32,000 nt of DNA. Origin: Nostoc punctiforme PCC 73102 (lineage in GTDB: Bacteria; Cyanobacteriota; Cyanobacteriia; Cyanobacteriales; Nostocaceae). This document shows positions 1-9,311 of this stretch, piece after piece. How positions within the stretch are numbered: position 1 is the first letter of the stretch; each line of letters begins with the position of its first letter. The translations under genes were made by a program, and so were the position numbers. Location: contig NC_010628.1 in NCBI RefSeq assembly GCF_000020025.1, forward strand, positions 4,830,001-4,862,000, read 5' to 3'. The notes beneath the pieces are model-generated. The model saw only the letters and a list, made by a program, of their open reading frames with translations. It made no database searches and was not told the DNA's origin.

Positions 1-417
1 ATTCAACTGGCGGATAGTAGCGATCGTCTCCACAAAGTGACCTGCGCCCTGATCGGGCAAGTCATCACGGGCGACAGAAGTCAGCACTACATAACGCAAT
101 CCTAAAAGCTGTACTGCCTGTGCAACCTTTTGGGGTTCCTCTAAATCAAGAGGCATGGGTGCATGACCTTTATCTACTTGACAAAAAGCACAAGAGCGTG
201 TGCAAGTAGGCCCCATTAGCAAGAAAGTTGCAGTTTTTTGGGCATAGCACTCTCCCCGGTTGGGACAGCGACCTTCTTCGCAAATTGTGTGGATTTGGCG
301 CTGCTTAATAATGCGTTGTACGGTAGAGATTTCACTGGCTTTACCGATAGGGCGACGTAACCAGCTAGGCATTGCCGCAATTTCAGACTTTAGTTCGGCT
401 TGTTGTGACGAAATCAT
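1..417 (-). CDS. lipA: Lipoyl synthase (radical SAM), N-terminal part; the gene runs off the left edge of the window
   Basis: Absent from the ORF track because it is truncated. Reverse-complement translation from the ATG at 417..415 gives [85 protein letters not shown]... This contains the LipA auxiliary-cluster motif CX4CX5C ([12 protein letters not shown]) and the radical-SAM motif CX3CX2C (CTRSCAFC). Confidence 0.85.
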   Translation of the reverse strand, partial: MISSQQAELKSEIAAMPSWLRRPIGKASEISTVQRIIKQRQIHTICEEGRCPNRGECYAQKTATFLLMGPTCTRSCAFCQVDKGHAPMPLDLEEPQKVAQAVQLLGLRYVVLTSVARDDLPDQGAGHFVETIATIRQLN

Positions 418-749
418 AGACATCCAAGCAAGATACGGATATAAAGTAGTGGTCTTTCAATGGACAAATGATAGACAAGAATAGACGCAGGAAACGGTCT
501 TAATATCTCCGTGTCTCCGTGTCCTTATATGCTTTATGCCTTAGAACAAAGCTAAAGCCTTAAATATCACCATGACATAAATCGAAAAGAGCGCCAGCAA
601 AAGTTTTACAAAACACCTCTAGGAATGTCATTTATACCGAAATATACTATCCCCCAATTGCTAGAAATTTTGTATATAGTGGGAGGATTCTCAAGGACAA
701 TCGGCAAAGCCGCTATTTACACTTAAAGTTTCTGTTAGAGCAAACAGTC

Positions 750-1403
750 GTGGCAAGCAACAAGATTTTAGTTATCGATGACACTACAGTTGTCAGGGTA
801 AAAGTACGAGAAATGTTGCCTCCGGGCAATTTTGAGGTACTGGAAGCAAAAGACGGTTTAGAAGGACTAAATTTTATTCTTCAGGAAAAACTCAGCCTGA
901 TTATGCTGGATTTCCTGCTGCCTAAAATGAGTGGCTGGGAAGTTTTCCAGAAAGTCCAAGCCGATCCGGAATTAAGGAAAATTCCTTTGGTGATCATGTC
1001 TGGTCGCAAGGAAGAGGTAACTGAGAAAATCACAGAACCCTTTGAATACTTTGAATTTCTGGGCAAGCCTTTCGATCAGAAGCAACTAATTAACGCAATT
1101 AAGTTAGCTATGACTAAGGCGAAACTGCCGCGCCCAGAATTAGTAGCAGTCGGAGCAGGGGTTGCTGTTAAAAATAGCACAGTTGCAACTTCTAGTGTTG
1201 CAACTGCTACGTTAGCAACTCCTACTGTTGCCAGTAGTGCGATGCCTACGGCGGCAAGCAACGCAACCCCTACTGCCGGAGGAGTCTCGGAGGCAGAAAT
1301 TAATGCGTTGAACGAGAAAATTGTCAAAATGCAGGCTGAAATCGATGGCTTGAAGAAACAGCTAACTCAAGTTGTTACCTTTATTAAACAAAAAATCAAG
1401 TAG
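750..1403 (+). CDS. Single-domain response regulator (CheY-like REC) with an Ala/Thr/Pro/Ser/Val-rich linker and a C-terminal coiled-coil; no DNA-binding domain
   Basis: GTG start. REC signature residues are present: VIDDTT (acidic pair), MLDFLLP (phospho-acceptor Asp), VIMSG, GKPF. The low-complexity region VATSSVATATLATPTVASSAMPTAASNATPTAG is followed by the heptad-like EINALNEKIVKMQAEIDGLKKQLTQV. Confidence 0.85.
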   Translation: MASNKILVIDDTTVVRVKVREMLPPGNFEVLEAKDGLEGLNFILQEKLSLIMLDFLLPKMSGWEVFQKVQADPELRKIPLVIMSGRKEEVTEKITEPFEYFEFLGKPFDQKQLINAIKLAMTKAKLPRPELVAVGAGVAVKNSTVATSSVATATLATPTVASSAMPTAASNATPTAGGVSEAEINALNEKIVKMQAEIDGLKKQLTQVVTFIKQKIK

Positions 1404-1568
1404 CATTTGTGTTCATTATTATTATCGCAGCCGAAATAACCCGTTCATCATAATGGGTGTCCGATTAAAAGCGGGTAAAAATAGTTAATTCAAAATACTT
1501 ATCTTGACAAACCATCGTTGACAGCAAAATTCAAAAATAGCAAAAAACTACATATAGGGGTAATTCAT

Positions 1569-1617
1569 GAATTGCCTCTACATGTAATTTTGTGTAAGTT
1601 TTATAGGTGCATTTTCA
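1569..1617 (+). repeat. Copy A of a ~46-nt dispersed/direct repeat (gaattgcctctacatgtaattttgtgtaagttttataggtgcattttca)
   Basis: By-eye alignment to 16833..16878 (gaattacccctacaattttgcgtaagttctataggtgcatcttca). The orientation is the same, with a handful of substitutions and one 3-nt indel. Confidence 0.7.
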
Positions 1618-1670
1618 AAAATAAATAGTATTAGTTGTTAGTCTACTGAAACAGCCCTAGACCCACTAAA

Positions 1671-1715
1671 CCTGCCGCAGTTTGCTCTTAACCTAAGAAA
1701 AACGGCAGGCTTTTT
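1671..1715 (+). terminator. Hairpin plus T-tract with no coding gene immediately upstream (rho-independent terminator-like)
   Basis: cctgccg (1671..1677) pairs with cggcagg (1703..1709) and is followed by c-ttttt (1711..1715). The loop is long (~25 nt), so the stem-loop is weaker than a textbook terminator. Confidence 0.35.
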
Positions 1716-2008
1716 ATTGCTTAGTCTCCCACATATACAATCTGCATCAGAGCTTGCTAGTAAACCTACAGATAGAAAACAGTAATAGGGAATATTTACC
1801 AGATAAATCTAGTAATAATATTTTGACAAACTTATACTTTTATACCAAATTAGTTTATTCAAAATTATATTGTTCAAGAAAATATATTTATTAAAAAATT
1901 ATTTTTATTAATAGAAATTAAACAAATAAAATTATTATTTCATGATAATGATAGCCTTCGCACGGGAATACTAAGACATAGAAACAAGAATTATGAGCAT
2001 AGGCTGCA

Positions 2009-5000
2009 ATGTTAGTAGTATTAGATACATTATATTCGTTTCCAGGCTATCACATCACCGAGCAAATATACTCAGGTAGTAAAACTCTAGTTTATCGGGG
2101 CATTAGAGAACAAGACCAAAAACCAGTCGTTCTCAAATTAATGCGGAATGAATATCCTACGTTCGCGGAAATCGCTCAGTTCCGCAATCAATATATCATC
2201 ACCAAAAACCTCGATATTCCTGGCATACTCAAAACCTATAGCTTAGAAAGCTACCGTAACAGCTACATCTTAGTGATGGAAGATTTTGGTGGTATTTCCC
2301 TGCAAGATTGGCGAATAGAGAATAAGGAAAATAAGGAAAACTATCTTTCTCTCAATGAGTTTTTCAATATTGCTATTAAAATTGCTTCTACCCTTGAGGG
2401 GCTACATCGCGATCGCATCATTCACAAAGATATCAAGCCTGCCAACATCCTAATAAACCCTACCACAGATGAAGTAAAAATCATCGACTTTAGTATTGCC
2501 ACCCTCCTACCAAGAGAAATTCAATTTCTCACGAATCCCAACATCTTAGAAGGTACTCTGGCTTACATTTCTCCAGAACAAACTGGAAGGATGAACCGGG
2601 GTATCGACTATCGCACTGATTTTTATTCCCTTGGTATTACCTTCTTTCAACTCCTCACCGGACAGTTACCCTTCACTACTAAAGATCCGATGGAGTTAGT
2701 TTACTCTCATATCGCCAAACAACCGCTAAAAGCCAGCCGCATTAATTCTAAGATTCCAGCAATTTTGTCTGAAATTATCAATAAGCTGATGGCGAAAAAC
2801 GCCGAAGACCGCTATCAGAGTGCTTTGGGGTTAAAGCATGACTTAGAGGTGTGCCAAAAGCAGTGGCAAGAAACAGGAAATATTGCACCCTTTGAAGTAG
2901 GAATGAGGGACATCTCAGACCGTTTCGTAATCCCTGAAAAACTCTATGGTCGTCAAGGTGAAGTTGAAACCCTACTCGCTGCTTTTAAGCGTGTAACTGA
3001 AGGGGCAATAGAAATGATATTAGTTGCAGGTTTCTCTGGCATTGGCAAAACTGCTGTGGTCAATGAAGTTCACAAACCTATTGTGCGACAGCGTAGTTAC
3101 TTCATCAAAGGAAAATTTGACCAGTTTCAACGTGACATTCCCTTATCAGGATTGGTGCAAGCTTTTAGAGATTTAATCGGGCAACTACTCTCAGAAACTG
3201 ATGCCCAAATTCAACAATGGAAAGCCAAAATCCTGCGGGAATTGGGTACACAGACTCAGGTAATTATCGATGTAATCCCTGAACTCGAACAAATTGTTGG
3301 TAAGCAAGCTCCGGTTACAGACCTCTCTGGCAGTGCTGCTCAAAATCGTTTCAATTTATTGTTTCAAAAATTTATTCAAATCTTTACAACTAAAGAACAT
3401 CCCCTAGTTATCTTTATTGATGACTTGCAATGGGCAGATACAGCATCTTTAAAAATAATTCAGTTACTAATGTGTGAGAGTATTTCATCTTCTTTGGCAG
3501 AAAATGCAGAACACACACATGAGAGTCAGGGAGGTTTATTGTTAATTGGTTCTTATCGAGACAATGAAGTTTTCAAAGTAGATCCGCTTTATTTAACACT
3601 ACAGGAAATTGAAAAAGCCGGAGCAGCTATTAATACAATTACCTTATCACCTTTAAATCAGGGTGATTTAAATCATCTCATTGCTGATACTCTGCATTGT
3701 GCTGAAGTAGTCGCAGTTCCGCTCACCCAGATGGTGTTTGCCAAAACCAAAGGCAACCCATTCTTTTCCGTCCAATTCCTCAAGTCTTTACACGATGATG
3801 GGCTAATTATATTAAACTTTGATGTTGGTCATTGGCAGTATGATATTTCCAAAGTTAAAGAGTTAGCTCTCACAGATGATGTAGTAGAATTTATTGCCCT
3901 ACAAATAGGAAAATTGCCAATATATACCCAAAAGGTTCTGAAACTAGCGGCTTGTATTGGTAATCAATTTGACTTAAAGAGTCTAGCGATCGTCAACGAA
4001 AAATCTGTAGTAGATACAGCCTCGGATTTGTGGCAAGCCTTACTTGATGGACTAATTTTACCACAGACTGAAAATTACAATATCTTTGCGAAAGAAAATA
4101 CTAATCAAGAATTCATTGTTCATGGAATAGAATCTATAGAATTTTCCAGTTCTAACTTACAGCTACCTAAATATAAATTCGTACACGATCGGGTGCAGCA
4201 AGCAGCTTATTCTTTGATTCCTGAAGAACAAAAAAAGCCAATTCACTTAAAAATTGGGCTACTGTTATTAAACAATATTCCAGTTGCAGAACAGGAAGAA
4301 AAGATTTTTGAGCTTGTCAATCAGTTTAATATTGCAGTGGAATTCATCTCCCCTCAAGCTAAACGAGATGAACTAGCCCAGATGAATCTAATTGCTGGAC
4401 GTAAAGCTTTAGCATCAACAGCCTATCCTACAGCCCTTAAGTATTTAACTACTGGTATCCAACTGCTGGCAGATGATAGTTGGGAGACGAAACATTATCT
4501 TACCCTGGCTTTATATGAGACTGCGACAGAAGCAGCATATTTAGCTGGCAACTTTGAACAGATGGAACAATTAGCAGAGGTAGTGTTGGTACGTAAACCA
4601 CTACTAGAAAAAGTAAAAGTTTATGAAGTCAAAATTCAGGCTTATGGGGCGCAGAACCAAGCACTGGAGGCCGTAAATACTGCCCTAACCTTTTTGAAAC
4701 TTTTGGGAGTGGAGTTTCCTGAACATCCAAGCCAGTCTGATATTCAGTTAGCAATGGCAGAATTAACGTCAAATCTCAATGAAAGACTCATTGGGGACTT
4801 AATTAATCTGCCGGAAATGATCGAAGCTCAACCTCTGGCAATAATGCGTATACTATCAACTGCAACCCCTATTACCTATGCAGTTGCTCCTAAACTTTTT
4901 CCGCTAATTGTTCTGAAACAAATCGAGTTATCGCTCAAATATGGTAATGCTCCTTTATCTGCCTTTGGCTATAGTAATTACGGGTTAATACTGAGCGGAC

Positions 5001-7624
5001 TAGTCGGAGATATTGAGTCTGGTTATCAATTTGGCAAACTATCTGGGAGTCTAGTGGATAAGCTGAATGCTAAAGATGTTAAAGCTAAAATTATGCTGGG
5101 ATTTAACACAACCATTCGGCATTGGAAAGAACATACTAGACAAGTATTAAAACCTTTAATGGAAGGTTACTATGCCGCACTAGAAATAGGAGATTTAGAA
5201 TATGCAGCTTATTATCTTCACTCTTATTCCTACTCTTCATATTTTATTGGTAAAGAACTCATAGGGTTAGAAAGGGAGATAGAAAATTACAGCAATGTTG
5301 TCAGGCAAATCAACCAAAAAACAGTATTTAACTGGATTAAAATCCACCAACAGAGTGTCTTGAATTTACTGGGAAATGCAGTGAATCCCTGTTATTTAAT
5401 GGGTGAAGCTTACAACGAGAAAAAAATGTTGCCGTTTTACATTGACACCAATGATATAATGGGTATTTTCTATTTATATGTAAGTAAACTACATCTCTGT
5501 TACCTATTTCAGGAATATCCTTTAGCCTTGGAAAATGCTACTTTAGCAGAAAAGTATTTACAAGGTGGAATAGGACAGCAAGTAACTCCTATTTTCTACT
5601 TATATGATTCACTAGCACGACTGGCTGCATACCCTGATGCATCGGATTATGAGCAAAATTTAATTCTGAATAAGGTTCAAGCAAATCAGCAAAAAATGGA
5701 GTGTTGGGCACATCATGCTCCAATGAATTATTTACATAAATATTATATTGTAGAGGCCGAAAAGTATCGGATTAGTGGTCAATATCTTGAAGCAATGGAA
5801 TTTTATGATCGCGCGATCTTCCTTACCAAAGAACATGAGTATATTCATGAAGAAGCACTCGCTCAAGAGCTTGCCGCAAAATTTTATCTCGAATGGGGTA
5901 AACATAAAATTTCCCAAACCTATCTAACAGATGCTTATTATAGCTACGTTCGCTGGGGAGCGTTAGCCAAAGTTGATGATTTGGCAAAACGCTATCCTCA
6001 ATTACTTGCTCCTATATTCCAGCAAGAAAAAGTAAGTATCAAGTCCAGCCAGGAAAGCGTTTCTTTGAATAACACATCTATATCATCTTTATCTACTCTG
6101 AGTAATCAGCAAACTGTTATTGGCTCTAAGACAAGTATTTCTGATTCTCTGGATTTAGCCGCATTCATTAAAGCATCTCAAGCGCTCTCTGGAGAAATCG
6201 AGCTTGAACGACTACTTTCTACTTTGATGGAAGTTGTTATGGAGAATGCAGGAGCCTCTAAATGCGCTTTAATTTTGAGCGAAGGTGATAACTTAGCATT
6301 AACTGTCACAGCTGTTTGTTCAAGTTCAAATTTTGAGTATACCTACACTGAATTTCCATCAACTTCCCTTGAGTCGAGCTACGATGTTCCCATTACTTTG
6401 ATTAACTACGTTAAACGCTCCAGAGAGATACTGGTAATTGATGATACAACATCTGTTTCTTTTCTAGCAAGCGATAACTACATTATTAGTGAAGAACCTA
6501 AGAGTTTGTTGTCTATACCTCTTGTAAATCAAGGTAAATTGATTGGGATTCTTTACCTAGAAAATCATCTGACAACAGGAGCCTTTACCCGCGATCGTGT
6601 AGAAGTACTTAAACTCCTCACCACTCAAGCAGCAATATCCCTAGAGAATGCTATCCTCTACAAAAATTTGGCCAAAGCTAAAGAAAGCTTGGAGGAATAT
6701 AACCATACTTTAGAAGAAAAAGTCCAGGAAAGAACGCAGGAACTCAACGATAAAAATAACTGTTTACAAGAGACTTTACAGGAACTACAGCGTACCCAAA
6801 TTCAATTGATTCAAAGTGAAAAAATGTCTTCTCTAGGACAAATGGTTGCGGGCATTGCTCATGAAATAAATAATCCTATTAACTTTATTCATGGCAATAT
6901 TAATCATGCGGGTGAGTATGTCCAAGACTTGCTTGATTTGCTAGTTGTTTATCAGCAGGAATATCCCCATTCTTCGCCTTTAGTTGAGGAGAAATATGAG
7001 GAGATTGATATAGATTTTCTATCAGAAGACTTGCCAAAGATTCTAGATTCAATGAAAGTGGGTAGTTCGCGTATCCGAAATATCGTTTTGAGCTTACGTA
7101 ATTTTTCTCGCCTAGATGAATCTGAGATGAAGCCTGTAGATATTCATGAGGGAATAGACAACAGCTTAATGATTTTACAACACCGACTTAAAGAAAATAG
7201 CAATTTTCCTGAAATTGAAGTCATCAAACAATACGGAAAATTACCGGAAGTTATTTGTTACCCCGGTCAGCTGAATCAGGTGTTTATGAATATCCTGAGT
7301 AATGCAATCGATGCTTTAGAAGATTCATTATCATCGGCTTCTGATTTTGTAGGAAAAATCCACATCTTTACTGAACTAACAGATTCTAATACGGCGATAA
7401 TTCGAATTACCGATAATGGTTTTGGGATGACAAAAGCGGTGCAGCAGAAAATATTTGACCCATTTTTTACTACCAAGGCGGTAGGAAGTGGCACAGGCTT
7501 AGGGTTGTCCATTAGCTATCAGATTATTGTGGACAAACACAAGGGTCGTTTAACCTGCGACTCTACATTAGGAAAGGGAACTGAGTTTGTGATTGAGATC
7601 CCGATGCAACAGTCAGATATCTAG
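2009..7624 (+). CDS. Multi-domain signalling protein: N-terminal Ser/Thr protein-kinase domain, AAA/STAND-type NTPase, long helical (TPR-like) region, GAF domain, coiled-coil, histidine-kinase core (DHp + HATPase)
   Basis: 1871-aa ORF. Kinase motifs: VLK (Lys), HKDIKPANIL (residues 139-148, nt ~2423), DFS, SPE. Walker A GFSGIGKT (residues 341-348, nt 3029..3052) and Walker B LVIFIDDLQWAD. GAF-like LSTLMEVVMENAGASKCALIL...LYLEN. H-box [10 protein letters not shown] (His codon 6860..6862), N-box QVFMNILSNAIDAL, G1 DNGFGM, G2 GSGTGLGLS. Confidence 0.9.
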   Translation: MLVVLDTLYSFPGYHITEQIYSGSKTLVYRGIREQDQKPVVLKLMRNEYPTFAEIAQFRNQYIITKNLDIPGILKTYSLESYRNSYILVMEDFGGISLQDWRIENKENKENYLSLNEFFNIAIKIASTLEGLHRDRIIHKDIKPANILINPTTDEVKIIDFSIATLLPREIQFLTNPNILEGTLAYISPEQTGRMNRGIDYRTDFYSLGITFFQLLTGQLPFTTKDPMELVYSHIAKQPLKASRINSKIPAILSEIINKLMAKNAEDRYQSALGLKHDLEVCQKQWQETGNIAPFEVGMRDISDRFVIPEKLYGRQGEVETLLAAFKRVTEGAIEMILVAGFSGIGKTAVVNEVHKPIVRQRSYFIKGKFDQFQRDIPLSGLVQAFRDLIGQLLSETDAQIQQWKAKILRELGTQTQVIIDVIPELEQIVGKQAPVTDLSGSAAQNRFNLLFQKFIQIFTTKEHPLVIFIDDLQWADTASLKIIQLLMCESISSSLAENAEHTHESQGGLLLIGSYRDNEVFKVDPLYLTLQEIEKAGAAINTITLSPLNQGDLNHLIADTLHCAEVVAVPLTQMVFAKTKGNPFFSVQFLKSLHDDGLIILNFDVGHWQYDISKVKELALTDDVVEFIALQIGKLPIYTQKVLKLAACIGNQFDLKSLAIVNEKSVVDTASDLWQALLDGLILPQTENYNIFAKENTNQEFIVHGIESIEFSSSNLQLPKYKFVHDRVQQAAYSLIPEEQKKPIHLKIGLLLLNNIPVAEQEEKIFELVNQFNIAVEFISPQAKRDELAQMNLIAGRKALASTAYPTALKYLTTGIQLLADDSWETKHYLTLALYETATEAAYLAGNFEQMEQLAEVVLVRKPLLEKVKVYEVKIQAYGAQNQALEAVNTALTFLKLLGVEFPEHPSQSDIQLAMAELTSNLNERLIGDLINLPEMIEAQPLAIMRILSTATPITYAVAPKLFPLIVLKQIELSLKYGNAPLSAFGYSNYGLILSGLVGDIESGYQFGKLSGSLVDKLNAKDVKAKIMLGFNTTIRHWKEHTRQVLKPLMEGYYAALEIGDLEYAAYYLHSYSYSSYFIGKELIGLEREIENYSNVVRQINQKTVFNWIKIHQQSVLNLLGNAVNPCYLMGEAYNEKKMLPFYIDTNDIMGIFYLYVSKLHLCYLFQEYPLALENATLAEKYLQGGIGQQVTPIFYLYDSLARLAAYPDASDYEQNLILNKVQANQQKMECWAHHAPMNYLHKYYIVEAEKYRISGQYLEAMEFYDRAIFLTKEHEYIHEEALAQELAAKFYLEWGKHKISQTYLTDAYYSYVRWGALAKVDDLAKRYPQLLAPIFQQEKVSIKSSQESVSLNNTSISSLSTLSNQQTVIGSKTSISDSLDLAAFIKASQALSGEIELERLLSTLMEVVMENAGASKCALILSEGDNLALTVTAVCSSSNFEYTYTEFPSTSLESSYDVPITLINYVKRSREILVIDDTTSVSFLASDNYIISEEPKSLLSIPLVNQGKLIGILYLENHLTTGAFTRDRVEVLKLLTTQAAISLENAILYKNLAKAKESLEEYNHTLEEKVQERTQELNDKNNCLQETLQELQRTQIQLIQSEKMSSLGQMVAGIAHEINNPINFIHGNINHAGEYVQDLLDLLVVYQQEYPHSSPLVEEKYEEIDIDFLSEDLPKILDSMKVGSSRIRNIVLSLRNFSRLDESEMKPVDIHEGIDNSLMILQHRLKENSNFPEIEVIKQYGKLPEVICYPGQLNQVFMNILSNAIDALEDSLSSASDFVGKIHIFTELTDSNTAIIRITDNGFGMTKAVQQKIFDPFFTTKAVGSGTGLGLSISYQIIVDKHKGRLTCDSTLGKGTEFVIEIPMQQSDI

Positions 7625-7632
7625 ACTAAGTA

Positions 7633-7723
7633 GGTAAGCAAGAATATTTCCAACAAGATTTGTAGTAATAACTTTAGTTATTATTTTCTAAGCACTAAAT
7701 TTATTACTACAAATTTGCTTACC
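7633..7723. terminator. Nested inverted repeat between convergent genes (candidate bidirectional terminator)
   Basis: atttgtagtaataa (7658..7671) pairs with ttattactacaaat (7701..7714). An outer stem pairs ggtaagcaa (7633..7641) with ttgcttacc (7715..7723). It lies between the stop of the + strand kinase (7624) and the stop of the - strand P450 (7747). Confidence 0.5.
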
Positions 7724-7746
7724 CATCAATTTAACTTGAAAACCAA

Positions 7747-9138
7747 CTAGGATAGGGGTGTAGTTGTCATATTAATTAAAGATTCTTTACGCGCACGTTG
7801 GTCGGTCATTACCATCTTGACTCCACTGCCTGGGGCAAGGTTAAAACCTCTACGCTGAGGTTGCTCTGGCCGCTGATCAACTAGCGCCAAGTGATAGTGT
7901 GACACAATGGTTGCTAATGCTAGCTTTATTTCAAATAGAGCCAAAGCCTCGCCCATACAACGACGGACACCACCGCCAAAGGGCAGGAATTCATAGGGAG
8001 AAAATTGACGTTCAATAAAGCGTTCTGGTTTAAATTGCTTAGATTGGGGATATAAATTCTCGCGATGATGAGTAAGATAAATACTGGGAAGCAGTATAGT
8101 TCCAGGCTCTAAAGAATGTCCCAATAATTCCAGGGGTTCTTGCACTACCCTGGGAAACGAAAACATCGTGACGGGGTGAATTCGCAAGGTTTCATTACAG
8201 ACAGCTGTAAGATATGGTAGTCGGGAAATGCTCATAGGATCTGGGGAATCACCGAGAGTATCCAGTTCTTGAAGCAGTTTTTCACAGACTAAAGGCTGTT
8301 TGTGAATCCAGTACAATCCCCAAGCCATTGCTGTTGCAGTAGTATCGTAGCCAGCAAGTATAAGGGTTATTAACTGATCGCGCAACTCCTGATCTGTCAT
8401 CGGTTGGCCTGCTTCATCCCGACATGATATTAGTAAAGAGAGAATATCGATGCGTTCTGGATCGGCTTGTTGTTGACACTCGGCAATTTCAGTGTAGAGA
8501 AATTGATCAATTTTCTCTCGAACGCGCAAGAAATTTCCCCAAGGACTCCAAGCTCCTAAATCCTGTTGCAAGAATGAGAAAAGGAATAAACTAGAACTAA
8601 GAGGTGACTCAAAAAGCTCTAACAACAATGGCAATAGTTGCCTAAGTTTTTGAATTTTTTCTCCCTCATAAAAGCCAAAGATAGACTGTAAAATGACTTG
8701 CAGAGATATCTCTTTTGTTAGATTACGAGCTACAAAGGGCTTATTTAGTGGTAACTGGTTAAAGATTTTTTTAGACACATTACAGATTAACTGACCATAA
8801 GCTTGCATCCGCTCTCCATGAAAAGAGGGTGTCACGAGTTGTCGTTGGCGTTTGTGGCGATCGCTCTCTAGCATCAGGACTGAATTATCCCCCAAAAGAG
8901 GCTTTAAAATTCCGTTGAGTTCGCCGACAGCTGTAAACTTTTTGCGATCGTTAGTTAAAATTTCCTGAATTGCTTGGGGGTGGTTCACAAAGACCACTGT
9001 ATCCCCAAACCCGACTATCTTTCCAGTAAAAATATCAGGATATTCCTGGGCTGCATTTTCCATATAGCCTATAGGGTCACTAACCCAATGAAGCTTTTGT
9101 AGTAAAGAAGGACTTTTGAGAATATTAGGTAGTTGCAT
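7747..9138 (-). CDS. Cytochrome P450 monooxygenase (cyanobacterial CYP110-like)
   Basis: 463 aa. Heme-binding loop FGGGVRRCMG (Cys codon 7957..7959), I-helix AGYDTTAT, K-helix ETLR. Confidence 0.9.
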   Translation of the reverse strand: MQLPNILKSPSLLQKLHWVSDPIGYMENAAQEYPDIFTGKIVGFGDTVVFVNHPQAIQEILTNDRKKFTAVGELNGILKPLLGDNSVLMLESDRHKRQRQLVTPSFHGERMQAYGQLICNVSKKIFNQLPLNKPFVARNLTKEISLQVILQSIFGFYEGEKIQKLRQLLPLLLELFESPLSSSLFLFSFLQQDLGAWSPWGNFLRVREKIDQFLYTEIAECQQQADPERIDILSLLISCRDEAGQPMTDQELRDQLITLILAGYDTTATAMAWGLYWIHKQPLVCEKLLQELDTLGDSPDPMSISRLPYLTAVCNETLRIHPVTMFSFPRVVQEPLELLGHSLEPGTILLPSIYLTHHRENLYPQSKQFKPERFIERQFSPYEFLPFGGGVRRCMGEALALFEIKLALATIVSHYHLALVDQRPEQPQRRGFNLAPGSGVKMVMTDQRARKESLINMTTTPLS

Positions 9139-9311
9139 CTAGTTCTTGTTTTAAATTGTAGTGAGCTAATGGTCATTTATTCTTACTACCTTAACTTGTT
9201 AAAGTAGCAGCTTAAATATTGATTACATCCAACTTGAAAGCATGTTAATTACTATTTGTTACAAGTTCACTGCTTCACTACTTTGGCTAGTCAATCTAGA
9301 GTGGAAGTTTT

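Noticed and set aside
260-484. 74-aa plus-strand ORF
   Set aside because: It lies antisense to the clearly recognisable lipA coding sequence (1..417, minus strand) and has no motifs of its own.
881-1327. Two minus-strand ORFs (61 and 83 aa) inside the REC gene
   Set aside because: They are antisense shadows. The 83-aa one simply mirrors the Ala/Thr/Val low-complexity region.
1943-1955. tgataatgatagc, a possible second Zur/Fur box upstream of the giant kinase
   Set aside because: Only the left half-site matches TGATAAT and the right half is not palindromic. It sits in extremely AT-rich DNA where such half-matches are expected by chance.
5732-7512. Minus-strand ORFs 5732..5917 and 7276..7512
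   Set aside because: They lie inside, and antisense to, the motif-rich 1871-aa CDS.
2009-7624. Reading the STK + STAND-like NTPase protein as an anti-phage (Avs/STAND-type) defence gene
   Set aside because: The C-terminal modules are GAF and a complete histidine-kinase core rather than a nuclease, protease, TIR or other effector. No other defence-type genes are adjacent. The architecture fits known cyanobacterial signalling multi-kinases.
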